Below, piece by piece: positions 23,628 through 37,823 of a stretch of DNA of 64,000 nt. How positions within the stretch are numbered: the first letter of the stretch is position 1; each line of letters starts with the position of its first letter. A model generated the notes under the pieces. The model was not told the origin of the DNA. It saw only the letters and a program-made list of their open reading frames with translations, and did not search any database. The stretch is from Paraspadella gotoi. Taxonomy: Eukaryota; Animalia; Chaetognatha. A program made the translations under genes and the position numbers. The DNA lies in NCBI GenBank assembly GCA_051294375.1, contig CM119264.1, positions 15,338,196 through 15,402,195 on the forward strand. Direction: 5' to 3'.

Positions 23628-25331
23628 ACCGACTTTGCTAATGCTTTAAACTGCATCAACCGCGAAAAGATACTTGAAGAAGTTCGGCGACACTGCCCAG
23701 GCGCCGCAGCACTCGCCGAGCTTTGCTACGCAACACCAAGCAATCTATTCTTTGGCGACCAACGCATCTCCAGCGAATCTGGTACCCAACAGCGCGACCC
23801 CCTTGGCAGTCTCCTTTTCGCCCTCCTCCTTCAGCCCCTCTCCCGTCTCAAAACGGATTTTTCTCTGCTCCTCCTCGTTTTCTTCCTCGATGACGGCATA
23901 CTCTTAGGCCGCCGCGAAGATCTCATTTGTAAAGTCGAGGAGGGGGTTCTTTCACATTCGCGCTTTCGACCTGCTGCAAACTTCAGGGGCTGAGCTCGGC
24001 CTAAAATTAAATGCCTTCAAATCTCTTATCTGGTGCGGCGACGAGGCCCTCCCCGATCCTCTCAGTCGAGGCGTTCCTCCCGCAGCCCCTGACGGATTCA
24101 CCCTCCTCGGCTCCCCAGTTGGCAACATCCCCTACTCTCGGTCGGTCGTCTCCACACGATCCGAGAAAATCACCTCAATCTTCGATCTACTCCCCTCCCT
24201 CAATGACGCCCAGATTAAATACAATATCCTCCGCCACTGTTTCTCTCTCCCCAAATTCTCTTACTGCCTTAGAACCTGCGATCCTCTCCACCTTCAACCC
24301 ACTTACTCTCACTTTGGTTCCTTCCAATTGGCCTCTTTTTCACGCATCCTCGGACGCCCTCTCAACGAATCCGCGCGCATCCAAGCCTTTCTCCCCGTCA
24401 AACTAGGGGGCGCCGGCCTTCGCTCCGCCACTCGACATAGCGCCGCCGCCTTCATCTCATCCATCAGCCAAACCCGCCACATCATCGACTCCCTCCTCCC
24501 CGACAATCCTTCGCGCCGCCCACTACAAAACGCCTTCCCTCTCCTTCAGGATGCCACTGGCAACCCCGCGTACTACTCCCTCGAACTTTTACCTCCCGAC
24601 TTCACGCAGCACTCCCTCTCATCCGAAATCGACTCCTCCTCTCACAACTCTGCTCATCAGCATCAAATCGCGACACCGCCAGACTTCACTCTCTCTCCCT
24701 CCCTCACGCCGGTGACTGGTGCGATGCGGTGCCCTCTCCTAGCCTCAACCTCAACCTGGATTCTCGCTCCTTCAGCGCGGCGATGGGATATCGCCTCGGA
24801 ATCCCGCTCTTACAGGCGGGACCCTGCCGCTCTGAAATATGCGACCTCGAGGAGGATGACCTGGGGGACTACGCCCTGCACTGCCACGACGACCACGGGG
24901 TCAAGGGGGACCGACACGACCGGATTCGGGACAAAATCCACTCAGAGGCACAACTCGCCTGCCTCAACCCGAAGAAGGAAGCTCATGGTCTCGTCTCTGG
25001 ATCCCTATCTCGTCCCGCCGACATCTACATCCCTAATTGGATAGACGGCCGGAAAATAGCCTTTGATGTATCCGTCGTCTCCCCAGTCCAGGAGGCCATA
25101 ATCTTCCAAGCCGCCATTGAGATGCGGAAATCCGCCAAAATGCGCGGCAATTTCGCCAACTGCCAGGCCCAAGGAATACACTTTCAGCCTCTCATAGTGG
25201 AAACCTTTGGCGGCTGGGACAAGGAAGCCCTGACTTTTCTTAAAGCCCTTGCCCACGCTCGACGATGGGGAAAAAACAATTCCCTGGAATGTAAATACTT
25301 TTTCCAGTGCCTGTTCGTTGCCCTTCTTTGA
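23628..25331 (+). pseudogene. CRE-clade (RLE-type) non-LTR retrotransposon remnant, RT plus CCHC plus restriction-like endonuclease
   Basis: DFANALN, GTQQRDPL, FFLDDG, LPVKLGGAGLRS, C..C..H.LHC, RHDRIRD, RPADI, AFDVSV and ETFGGW motifs; several frameshifts. Confidence 0.88.
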
Positions 25332-25399
25332 TTTTACTTTGATATTTATTTCCATATTTTTATTTTTAAATGTTGACCAATTACCATACAATTACCATA

Positions 25400-27609
25400 C
25401 AATTCTTCTGCTTGAAGACCCCTATGCAGAATTTTCTCTCCTCCGCTCCTGCCTCTCTTCCTAAACTCTCCTACGCCCTGCGCGCCACACCACCTTCCTT
25501 TATAAAGCCTTCTCTACAACGCTTTGATGGGATCATGCGCGAGGCCCTAGTGGGATCTCGCCTGGACGACCTCCAATGGCGCCAAGTTTTCTCTTCCCGT
25601 TTCGATGGGAGGGATGGGCGTCAGAGGAGCCTCAGCCCATGCCCCCGGAGCCTTCCTCGTCTCCACTCGTTCTACTCGTGCTCTTGTTGAGTCTATTATC
25701 CCTCTCCTGTGATCCTTGACTCTGCCAGAGCCCTTCAGACTTTGAATTCCCTCGTTACCTCCCCCTTTGATGAAGACCTCGGCGATGCAACTCAAAAGAT
25801 TTTTTTTTCTGAAATAAAAGAGACAATTTGACAGTTAAGACGATAAAAAGATAAAACGATTTTAAACAATTTGACATTCAAACAATAAAAGAGTATTGAG
25901 CAAGACTAATTGCACTGATGGCACTAAAAATAAAAAGATAATTTTATAAAAAATTGTCAGACACGCGATCGACCTACATCTTCAGCAACATTTGGTGGTC
26001 GACCTCTCTTCTGAAAGAGACATTGCGCGTCTTAAATCTTTGGCTTGGCCACATGCTGGAGATTGGCTCAACCCGGCCCCTTCTCGCCCCCTGGGACTTC
26101 ATCTACACTAGAGTGATGTGAAAATGATAAATTTTTAGAAAATTAAAGTTTAGCATATAAAACATGAACATAAAATCCAATAAAAATATTTTGGTAAATT
26201 TATTTTTTAATTTTATACATTAGTGGGTACCAGTGAGCTATATTTATAATAATAATTATTATTATTATTATTATAATAGTAATAAGTATATAATAGGCTA
26301 AAATTTCAAAATACAAATTTTTAAATTTTAAGATCGGATTTGGATTCCTTGCAAAAAGTTATTATAAGAAAGTACAATTCCTTTTTTAAAAATTATTTCA
26401 TTAAGTTAGTCAAAAATGTAAAAAACTATATTTAAGACGCCGATTTTAAATTTCCAGCTAAAAATATAGTTTTTTGTAGTTTTAACCTACTTAATGACAT
26501 AATTTTTGAAAAAGATTTATACTTTCTTTTATTAACTTTTAACGAGGAATCTGAATCTGTTCTCAGAATTAAAAAAAAACCATTTTGAAATTTTGACATT
26601 ATATAAGGGTAGTACTATATACAAAATAAGCTGACTGGGCTACTATATTTATTAAAAAAAAAAAATAATTACAGATTAGTATTCACTAATTCTAATATGA
26701 TAGTTTTCAAGATATAACTGCTAAATTTTGATTCCAAACTTTCACTTCACCCTAATCTACACCCACTAGAATTTCCAGTGGCAGCCCAATACCGTCTCGG
26801 CCTCCGTTTTCAGCATGGCTGGACCCTGCCCTGCTTGTGGTGCCGATAGCGATACCCTCGGTGATCATGCTGTATCTTGCGCAAACGATGGAGAAAGGAT
26901 CTCGTGTCACAACAAACTTCGGGATGCCCTTCACAAGGACGCAGCACGCGCCGCTCTTGCTCCCACTAAGGAAGCTCAAGCCCTCCTGCCTAGCAGGACT
27001 GCACGCCCCGCTGATATTTACATCCAAAACTGGATAGAAGGGAAGGACGCCGCCTTGGATGTGACCGTTGCAAACTCCCTCCTCTCATCCATCATCCACA
27101 GGGCTGCGGAATATCCAGGTTCGGCGTTGGAAACCGCCCGTGGGAAGGAAAATGGCTGTCCTTCGAAGCTTGCCGCGCCGAGGGGATCATTTTCGTCCCC
27201 CTTCCAGCCGAGACACTCGGAGCTTGGGACGCCGATGCAGCCCTCCACATTTCGTAAAATTTGTCTGGCACTGGCAAGGCAAACCGGACGCGAAGGGGGT
27301 GAAACAATCCGTCATCTCTTCCAGCGCCTCGGAATTGTATTGATGAAGGGAAACGCCGCCCTCCTTCTCAACCGCAATCCCTCTCACCCGACTCCAGATG
27401 TTGATGCATCGATGGCGACGTCGATCACGAATGACTCCTGAAATGACTCATTAATTCTCCATCTCAACATCTGTTAGAATCTTTCTGTGATAGTCCATTC
27501 CTGTGATTCCTGTGATTCTTCGTATTTTGTTTTATATTTTGATGCCCTTTTGGATGACCAGTCTACCTCATTTATTTTGTTGTCTCTTTTTCTTTCCAGG
27601 AAAAAAAAA
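25400..27609 (+). pseudogene. Second, divergent CRE-like retrotransposon remnant, interrupted
   Basis: LPKLSYALR, GDWL, CPAC..D.LGDHAVSC, RPADIYI, ALDVTV, LFQRLGIVLMKGNA. Split by a hAT MITE at 26109-26754; A-tail near 27601-27609. Confidence 0.85.
26109..26754 (+). mobile_element. hAT-like MITE family B inside the CRE ORF
   Basis: 8-bp TSD atctacac. Confidence 0.9.
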
Positions 27610-27644
27610 TACAATCGCTTAACTTTCAATTCGCCGAATGTATA

Positions 27645-29123
27645 CGGTACGCGAAGCGTAGAGTGTCCTTTTTCCAGGGATCAAATAATTCTTCTATTTT
27701 TGCGTCTAATGAGCTGATATCTTAACATAAAATAGTCTCAACGTTGGTCTATTGCCCATTGGGTTAAAATTTAAATTGGACAATTCTAAAACACTTAAAA
27801 ATAGGCCCAAATTACATAGTATAAGCTTTAACTTAAGCTTGTTTTGGAGAATTTTTAACTTTATTTTCAAATTGATATTATTTTTAAGATATTACTTTAA
27901 AAAAGGTATTTATTAATACTTTATCAAATTTCAATTTTTTTAATTATTATAAAAAGATATTAAGACAAGGATTCTAAATATATAAATATTTTGTAAATTA
28001 GATCACCCAAGGCCGAGATATGGCATTTTGAAATTGTCAAAAAGAGAAAAAAATACCTTTTTTCAAACCCAAATAAAAAACTGTACAATCAACATATCTC
28101 TTTAATATTTTAAAGAGAGGTAATATTTTCTTTCAAATTAATAGTCTTCAAGTTTCAGATCAATCGGAAAACTTTTACTATTAAATCTTTAAGGAGAAAG
28201 TTAATTTTTGAAAAAAAATCGATTTTTAAAAAATAAGTTGGAGCAAACAATGTCGGATCTGCCCACGATCATCATCGGTAATTAATTAATTAATTAATTA
28301 ATAACTAATTAATTAATAATTAATTAATAAATATTTAATTCAAGTTAATTATTTAATTAATAATTAATTTATTTAAGTTAATTATTTAACAGCAATCGGC
28401 AATTTGATCAGAAATGTTTGTTTTGATTGATTAATTGACTGATTAATTAATTATTGATTAATTAATTGACTAATTGATTAATTAACTGATTAATTATTTG
28501 ATTAATTAATACATCTTGCATTTACATTTAATATAAAAGGAAAAGGAGGAATAATCAATTAGTAAAACTTGTTTTTTCCATTTAAACTCATTTCCACTCA
28601 AACGATTGCCATCGAAACTTGATTTCCAGTTTAATCACGCACTTTTCTACCCAAATACAAATTTCAAGTCAATCGCCACATCCACTCATGAGTAATTGGT
28701 GTTCAAATAGTTAAATATAATTTTTGGTTTTTTCTATTTAAACTCATTTCCACTCGGACGATTCTATCGAAACTTCTTATCCAGCTCAATCATACACTTC
28801 CCTACCTACACACAAAATGTCATTCCAATCCATCCATCGGTTCCAGCTATCAATAAATCAATCCATCAATCAATCAATAAATCAATCTATCATCCAATCC
28901 ATCAGTCAATCCATCAATTAATCAATAAACAGTTGCATCAACATTTGCATGATTAAATTCAGCGCAATTCATAGAACAAGGATAAAAGAAAATTATTGTT
29001 CTTTTCCTATCACTCATAAATTTACAACTTTATTGATTTTTCAGACAAAGAATTACAGATAATTGACTAAGAGACGTGATATAATTACGTACTTAAGAAT
29101 TAACAGTTATCAGTATATTTCTT

Positions 29124-29158
<35 letters not shown>

Positions 29159-31634
29159 AGACTTCTTGATGTTCATGCTTTGCGGCCCAAGGCGTTCAAT
29201 GTGTCACTCGTCGAGAAAGGGTTCTGACAAGTCTTGAGTAATATATTACGTATATTGGTCGTAAAAAATTGTGGCAATAATTGTGACAAAAACAGTAGCG
29301 AAAACGCTTAAAAACATTTTCCAACAAGAGACGTTCAAAAGGTTCATTAACGACTGAAAAGCAAGTGACAAAAATTTGGAAAAGTAGATTTAATAATTGC
29401 CCGTCGTCAAAAACTGGCCGAGATAGAGAAGAAAAAAATATGACCAACGACAATTCTCTTTCACACTCTCTCTCTCTCTCTACATCTTAGACTTATTTTT
29501 TCAGCCCTGATTTTCTATTGTCATTTATGATTCATGAATATTAAGGAATAAATGAGTGTTTGATTAATTACATACATGATTTTTGGACTATTGATTTAGT
29601 GATTGATTTATCTATCAATAGATTGATTGGTTGATTGAGTGATTGATCCATCTATCAATTGATCAAATGATTGACTTATTGGTTCTTTTACTGATTGATT
29701 GATAGTTTATACAAATGATGTTTTGCGTTTTTTATTTTTTTCCTTCATTATTTTTTTTTCTTCATTCATTTTCATTTGAAAGAGAGAGAGAGAGAAGAGA
29801 GGAGGTGGAGAGAAAAGAGAACATGAAAGAGTAAAATGAGATACTCTGGTTAATCCTAAAACTTGTCTCCGAGATAGTCTGGTTAAACTCATTATTAGCT
29901 TGGACAGGGAAATACTTGGTCGTGACATGGGGTAGTACACTGTAGGTACTTTATCCATATGTTCTAATTACATACAACCAGTTCGCCGGAGAGGCCCAAT
30001 ATAAAATATAGCATTCATACTTCATACTTCATCTAAATGTTCTAATTACTTTTTTTTTCTGAAAAGAAAACAGCAAACAAATAATTGCGGGAATGGTTGC
30101 AAAAATATCTTATGTCAACAATAAACATAAACAAAAAAGATAAAAAAGAAAAAGAGATCAGGGGACAAAGTCAAGCAACTCCGTCCACATGAGACGGCAA
30201 CTCAATCACGGGACTTCGGGAAGCAAGCAGGTTCCCATTCTCGCACTGAAGGCAGACAGAAAGTCTCTCAAAAAAGTTCTTAGACGTTTTGCCGATATCT
30301 AAGCCTGCATTCGTTGCTTGAAGTTTGGCAAAGTCTTTTAGGTTTAAGAAAGCATCCAGGTCCCATGCCCCAAAGGTAGTGACAACCAAAGGATATGAAG
30401 CCAAGTCGGCCGGCAGTTTGCCTTCATACTTAGCATGTTTGGCCTGACGAGCTCGTTCCAGGGCATATGTGGGGTTGACTAACTTACAACCAGTTGGCCC
30501 ATTTTAAAATATAGCGTTCATCAAGGATGTCTTCTGCCCTCGCTCTCTCAACACATCGTAACTTTAACCTTTTTACATTATTCATCTATTTTTTTAAAAA
30601 AAATCGATTTTTTCAAAAATTTACTTTCTCCTTAAAGATTTAATAGTAAAAGTTTTCCGATTGATCTGAAACTTAAAGAGCTTTAATTTGAATGAAAATA
30701 TTACCTATCTTTAAAATATTAATGAGATATGATTGTACAGTTTTTTATTGGGTTTAAAAAGGTGTATTTTTTTCTCTTTTTGACAATTTCAAAATGCCAT
30801 ATCTCGGCCTTGGATGATCTAATTTACAAAATATTTATATATTTAGAATCCTTGTCTTAATCTCTTTTTATAATAATAAAAAAATTTGAAACTTTGATAA
30901 AGTATTAATAAAAACCTTTTTTAAAGTAATATCTTAAAAATAATATCAATTTGAAAATAAAGTTAAAAAATTCTCCAAAACAAGCTTAAGTTAAAGCTTA
31001 TACTATGTAATTGTTAAGCACTTAAAACAATAAAAAAATACTTACGTAGTAAGGATAAATTTAGTAAAGTAGAAAATCTTATAATATGTAAATGAGATTT
31101 AGGCTTATTTTAATTTAAATTTTTTAGACCACCAGCAGATAAAGTAATGCTTTGGCTATTTTATGGTTAAAAAATCAATCCAGTTCTCTGTATATTTTAG
31201 GTATAAATGACAATTGAATTTTGTTTCTAAAATTTTTGACCAAAAAATGACCCGAAACTCATATATGTTGTAGAGCTACCAAAGCTCATCTAAGACTATA
31301 ATATAAAATCATAATATTCACTAATATAATAGTATACTGATTTAAAAAAATGACACATCTTAAAATATTTCCCCTAGTAAATGCTAAAACTTTTCAAATT
31401 TTATTCTATATCTGACAAACATCTCACAAACCCTTTTAGATGTATATGTAAAATTTTAAAATTGTACTACATAAAATGTCCAAGTTATGCCAACAAATTT
31501 TTGGTGTAAGTGGTTTAGATATGCGATTTAAATTTTAACCCAATGGGCGATTCATAATCATATGTAAAAACAGACGCAAAAATATAAGAATTATTTGATC
31601 CCAGGAAAAAGGACACTCTACGCTTCGGGTACTA
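27645..31634. mobile_element. Long-TIR foldback DNA element (Tc1/mariner-like, TA-flanked) with nested insertions
   Basis: Outer IR gtac.cgaagcgtagagtgtcctttt; inner ~400-bp IR 27812-28230 vs 30590-31010. Confidence 0.75.
30049..30480 (-). pseudogene. 5'-truncated CRE-like retrotransposon 3' end
   Basis: KHAKY...YPLVVTTFGAW...FFERLSVCLQCENG...HVDG*, then a T-rich 3'UTR ending TTTTCAG(A)n. Confidence 0.82.
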
Positions 31635-32820
31635 TAATATTGTTTCTCGTTTTTATTTCAGAAAAAAAAAAATTGTCCTTCTTTGCCTCCGTCTTTGAAT
31701 TTAATTTTTTTTATTTCATTTTTATTTTATATTTTATTTTTGATATTCAAATTCATCAGAATGTTAAATTGTTGTCTATCTTTTTCCTTTCAGAAAAAAA
31801 AGGGAAAAAAACCTGCTCATATTCATACAATCGTTCAACATTCAAATTAATTACTAACTAATAATAACTAACTAATAACTAATTAATTACTTACTAACTA
31901 ATAATTAGACTGTATAAAATTGTTGTCTGTATTTTTCCTTCAGTGTAAAGTGTTAGTTCCAAAGACTCGCGAATCGTCACAAGGATTTATCGTTTTGATC
32001 ATTTCATCATTCGTGCTTTAGTTTATTCATTGGTTTCTGAATTTATTCTGATTTTTGTAATTCTTATGAGTGTTTTAGAGGAAGGGTCATTCAGCATAAC
32101 AATGCGTAATCATTGATGTATACGTAAAGAATTACATTATAGCCATCGGCCCATCAGTAATCACAAAAAAATAGGTTTTTATTTATATATATACATTCTG
32201 TTTTCAATAATTTTTTTTAAATGGGTAAATAACAAAATTGTTAAGTTAAATGGGTAAGCAAATTTTTTAAAGATTTGTTTTTCAATCTGGTTGTTAAAAA
32301 ATTCTAGGTAAGAAGTTAAAACATTATGAGTATGCAATCTTTTGGAAAAATTCATCAGGTTTTCTAAAATGTTAATATATTGTCCTTTGAGGTCATCATA
32401 ACTGATTGGATCTTTAAAGTTTATTGCTGCCATTTTCTTGGAGAGTATATTCTATATTCCACATTGAGGGACTTGCTATTTCCGTTTCTTTAAGATGTTA
32501 GTCCAATCTTAACTTTCGCCATTTTCAGTTGCCGAGAGAGAGAGTTGAAGCGATCTTGTTTTTAGTCGCCAGGTTCAAAGTTCAATGTTTAGTTTTTGAA
32601 ACTTCCAAGTTTCGGTTGTCAAAGAGTGAAGATAAAGGAGAAAATTATCTTGTAATAAATATCAAGTAGGGTTTTGTTTCTAAAATTGCTGCTTCTTTGT
32701 AATGGTTTAGTCAAAATTGTTTTTTTTTTGGGAGGAAGATTTGTCCAATTTAGTTGATTTCCGAGTTTCTGTTTTTGGTTGTTAGTGCAGAAAGATAGTT
32801 TCTTTTGGTAATTTCCACAG

Positions 32821-33608
32821 TTTTTTATCGTCGCAATCGCTGAGCGTTTGCGACGATATTGTAACGCTTTTGTGCATAAGTGGCGTCGTCGTTGTCAGCG
32901 TTCCAAATTATAGATCGCCTTTTTTATGATTAAATTTGAATGTATGAAGCTGAAAATTTATATACAGCTTCTCATCATCGATGTGCTTACAATTGAGTCT
33001 GGATAGTTATTAAATGTTTTGTTTACGTTTTATCAAAACAAACAAATTTTCTCTCTTTTATTTTTATGTTTCCTTCTCTCTCTCTCTTTTCTCTTTTAAA
33101 TATATGTATTATGTAGCTCTCTCTCTCTCTTTTGCCCAGTGCTGATTCATTGGGAAAATAAAAACAAATCCGCAGCTGGCTCTGCAGGGGCTTTCTCTTT
33201 TCTTCTGCTGCTGCCTTTTAATTTCTTTCTTTTTCTCTCTCTCTTTTTCTCTATGCTTTTTTATTTAAAAAAATTGAATTAGGATTGAACTCGTAAAATT
33301 AAGCATCGCATTCGTGCATATTATCATTTTGCTATTGCAACATCTGGTTTTTGTTTCATTTTTTTTTCTCAGAGACTGCGTTTGCTGATCAGTTTATTTT
33401 TTGACAATGATTTTTTTTTTTTATTATAACTTTATTTTCCTCAGTACTTTATTACTTTTTTTAATTGACATTCGCAAAAAAAAATTTTTCTTTCTGTTTA
33501 TAAATTAATTTTATTTTCTCAAATTTTATTTTATTTAGTATCAAAATTTGTCGTCAATCCAGATTTTCTTATGCGATTGCGACGATCCTTATGCTTTAAG
33601 ATTTTTTT
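32821..33608 (+). mobile_element. HINE family 2
   Basis: 5' atcgtcgcaa...ttgcgacgat palindrome and 3' subTIR ttgcgacgat plus ctta..taag hairpin; further copies at 39957-40819 and 41278-42792. Confidence 0.72.
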
Positions 33609-33648
33609 AGCTGGGTTTTTTGTTTTTTGAGTGGGTTTTTTGGGTGAG

Positions 33649-36259
33649 TTTTTAGTCGGATCTGCTTATCAGCAGATCCCGACTCTATAACTCACTTTTT
33701 CGGTCCGTCGGTCCGCCCCCTCAATATTGTCGGGCACAACACTTATATCATGTCAGAACATCGAATTATGATAAATTATGCAAAAAAACTGAGTTGTCCT
33801 CCCTTGTCGTCGTGTCTCGCGTCGTCGCGTCCGTCCGTCCGTCTGTCCGTCCGTCCGTCCGTCGTCTGTCTGTGTCCGTCCGTCGTCGTCCCACCTTAGC
33901 AAAAAACTCCAATTACCCGTGATTGGATGGATGGATTGGTATGAAATTTTGTGTGTGGGTAGGAAACTGTGTGATTGAGATGGATATGAAGTTTCGAGGG
34001 AATCGTGCGAGTGGAAATTGGTTTAAATGGAAAAAACAAAAAAATATATTTCACTATTTGAACGCCAATTGCTCATGAGTGGATGTGCAATTGACTTGAA
34101 ATTTTGTATGATGGTAGGAAAGTGTGTGATGAGCCGGATATAAAGTTTCGATGGAATCGTGCGAGTGGAAATGAGTTAAAATGAAAAAACAAAAGTCATA
34201 TTTACTTGAAGTATTTTTACTTAAATTTACTCATAATTATTTTGTTTATTAAAAATTGGATAGATAAATCGAAATTGAATTTTGTGTGTGGGTAGGAAAG
34301 TATGTGATAAAGCTGGATAAAAATTTTTTGATGAATCGTAGGAGTGGAAAAGAGTTCAAATTAGAAAACCAAAAGACACATTTATTTGAATTTTTTAAAG
34401 TTTCTCTCTCTCTCTGATTGATTGATTGATTGATTGATTGACCAAATTATATGCTAATTGACCAAATTATGCCAGTTGACCCAAATTCTGCAAGTTAATC
34501 AAGTTTTGAAAGTTGACCAAATTATGCCTGTTGACCAAATTAGGCTAGTTGATAAAATTATGCCAGTTAACCAAATTATGCCGGTTGACCAAATTATCTT
34601 AATTTTTCAAATTATGTCAGTTGACCAAATTATGTCAGTTGACCAAATTTATGTCAGTTAACCAAATTATGCAAGTTGATTAAATTATGCAAGTTGACCA
34701 AGATAGCTTATTACCCACTTAATTATCGATTGACCTGGAATTTTGTATGTGAGTAGAAAAAGTGTGTGATTGAACAGGAAACCAAGTTTCGATGGAATCT
34801 TTTGAGTGGAAATGAGTTTAAATGGAAAAAAACAAAAAACCTGTTTCCTAATTGATTATGCTTCTTTTTCCTTTATATTAAATGTATATGCAGGATGTAT
34901 TAATAAGTCAAATAATTAATCAGTAATTAATCAATTAGTCAATTAATTAATCAATAATTAATTAATCAGTCATCATCGTCATCGTCCCACCTTAGCAAAA
35001 AGCTCCAATAACCGTGATTGGTGTTGGATTGAAATGAAATGAATTTTGTGTGTGGTAGGACAGTGTAGTAAAGCTGGATATAAAGTTTCGACGGAATCGT
35101 GTGAGTGGAAATGAGTTTAAGTGGAAAAAACATAAGTCGCATTTACTAAAATCTTTTTACTTATTTTAACCAATAAGTACTCTACATCACGCATAAAACG
35201 GGGTAAACCGAAAAAGAATAGTTTTATCGTTTACCGGAGTTGGAATTCGCGAATTAAGTTATCTTTTTCTTCGTTTTATTAATTTTCCCTAAACAATTTT
35301 TTGTTCGCATACGGCGAATTCAAGAGGATGAAAAGACCTTTCAACTCGTTACTGAAATTCATGGATATGTCTCACGGTATGGCCCGCACGAAATGAGAAA
35401 CAGTCTTCTTGAAAGAATTCTTGACAGAATTTAACTGTTTTACTTTTCTTTTTTGATTTATCTGTCTTTTTACCATAAATTTTAGATTCTCCGAATATTC
35501 TGATGACTCTGGTTTGACCGCGCCAACTATACCTGCAAAGATTGCTAACTCTTGTGGCAGCATCAACACGCGACCTCTCTCTTCTTTTCTCTCTCTCTCT
35601 CTCTGATTTTCACCCTACTCATCTGCTTCATCCTCCTCCTTATTCTTTTTTTCTTACCATAGCAATGACTTGAATTTTGAATGAAAGGTTTAAAGAAATA
35701 AACCATTCTCGATATTTTGTATAGATTATTTAATAAAAGCCTTAGTAATTAGTAATTAATTCTTTTAAAAAAAATTACAGGAAAAAAATATAGAAAAAAG
35801 AATCCTGAAAAAAATCTGAAATTTAAAAAAACGGTAAAGAAGATTTTGAAATCTTTTTGTTTACTCGATTGCGAAAAGATTTACCCCGTTTTATGCGTGA
35901 TGAATTAATCATAATTGGATGGATAGATTGAGTTCAAATTTTTTGTGGTGGTAGAAAAATGTGTATCGATGCTTGATATAAAGTTTCGGTGGAAACGTAC
36001 GAGTGGAAATGAGTTTAAATGAAAAAAAATATGAGTCACATTTAGTTGAATCTTTTTACTTATTTTAACCCATAATAGATTGAGATGAAATTTTGTGAGC
36101 GGGGTAGGAAAGTGTGTGAAAAAGTTAGATATAAAGTTTTGACGGAATTGTGCCAGTGGAAATGAGTTTAAATGAAAAAAAAAAAAAAGTCACATTTACT
36201 TGAAGCAGAAAAATGATACAAGTTAAAAAAATCCTAAAAGCATAAGGATCGTCGCAATT

Positions 36260-36294
<35 letters not shown>

Positions 36295-36872
36295 AGTAAA
36301 ATGAGCATAAGGATCGTCGCAATTTCAAGAGAGAGAAGAGAGAGAAAGATAGAAAGAGAGAGAGTCCGAGATAAAAATTAGCGAATAAAAAAGTTGTTAT
36401 TTTACTCACTGAATAAAAATACTTAAAATACTTACAAAATACATAAAATTGATAAATTATTATTCCGATAACATTGTTTAATTCACATGCAATATATCTA
36501 GTAAGGCCTAATATCTAGTAAGGCGGGCCAAAATTGAACACTTTTTATAACTTCTAGTTCTCTTTAAATTTTTTTTTTCTTTTACTACTAAATCGATTTT
36601 CAATATAACTTTTTGAATTAGTTCATTGGGTTGTTGCACTGAAGCTTTTAAATATTTATTAATATATAATAATATATAAAGTATTGACGGAATTGTGCCA
36701 GGGGAAATGAGTTTAGATGGAAAAAAACATAAGTCACATTTACTTGAATCTTTAATATTAATGATTACTAATAAATGTTTTAATTAATTAATGAATTAAT
36801 TAATTAATTAATGTGAAAAAATGATGCAAGTTAAAAAAAATCTGAAAAGCATAAAGATCGTCGCAATTGCAG

Positions 36873-36903
<31 letters not shown>

Positions 36904-37139
36904 GAGGTAGAGAGAGAGAAGAGAGAAGGAGACATAAAATAAAAATAGAGGATATTTGTTTGTTTTGATAAAATGTAAACAAAACATATTTAATAACTGT
37001 CCTAACCCAATTTTAAGGACATCGATGATGATAAGTTGAATATAAATTTAAAATTAATTATTATATAATTAATTAATCGATTAATTAATTAATTAATTAA
37101 TCGTAGGCAGATCCGACATTGTTTGCTCAAACTTGTTTT
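33649..37139 (+). mobile_element. Composite HINE family 1 copy
   Basis: 5' end tttttagtcggatctgc, (GTCC)n at 33829-33890, 3' end gcagatccgacattgtttgctcaaacttgtttt. It splits a hAT right end. Confidence 0.7.
35185..35902. mobile_element. TIR element nested in a HINE
   Basis: 23-bp perfect TIR catcacgcataaaacggggtaaa. Confidence 0.75.
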
Positions 37140-37527
37140 AATGCCAACCCTGTGTGTGGGTAGGAAAGTGTGTGATTGAGTAGGAATTGTTGGAATCAAG
37201 GAGTGGAAATGAGTTTGCATGGAAAAAATGATGCGAGTTGGAAAAAAAATGATGCGAGTTGGAAAACAAATGATGCGAGTTGAAAAAAAAATTATGCGTA
37301 CTTTTTTTGTAACTATTTCTACTATAGAATTTATTTATTTAGCTGTTTACCGCTTAATTATCGTGGGCAGATCCGACATTATTTGCTCAAACTTGTTTAT
37401 TTGTACCTTTGCTTTTAAATTTCCTCGTCAAACTGATTAGGACATGCGAATGAAACTTAGAATTAAATAATGTGCTCTTTCCATCCTGTGATTCAAATTG
37501 GTGCCTTTAAATTTAACCTCGTCTACT

Positions 37528-37742
37528 ATGATGCCAATCAACGAGCGTCAATCGTTTCCATCAGTGCCTTGCTCTAACGGGTTTGGTTGTGCTACGTCCC
37601 AAACTTTTAAGTTACCCCCACCAGAACCAAGGCGAAAGTCCACCGAAAAATTATTCGACAAGCGGGTCAATCGTAGTGACCAAGGTGGTGTCGGGTACTT
37701 CGTTCGCCTCGCAAATTCTTCCCCAATGATAAAAAACAACAG
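37528..37742 (+). CDS. RASGEF1: RASGEF1-family gene, probable first coding exon (non-conserved N-terminus)
   Basis: ATG at 37528, open frame, ag|gtaggc donor. An 81-nt intron joins it in frame to the next exon. No recognisable homology, so the start is uncertain. Confidence 0.65.
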
Positions 37743-37823
37743 GTAGGCTGTGAGCCTCTAAAATCTCTGAATACCATATAATCAATCTAAATTATCAGAA
37801 ATTTTTTTTTTTTATTTTTAAAG

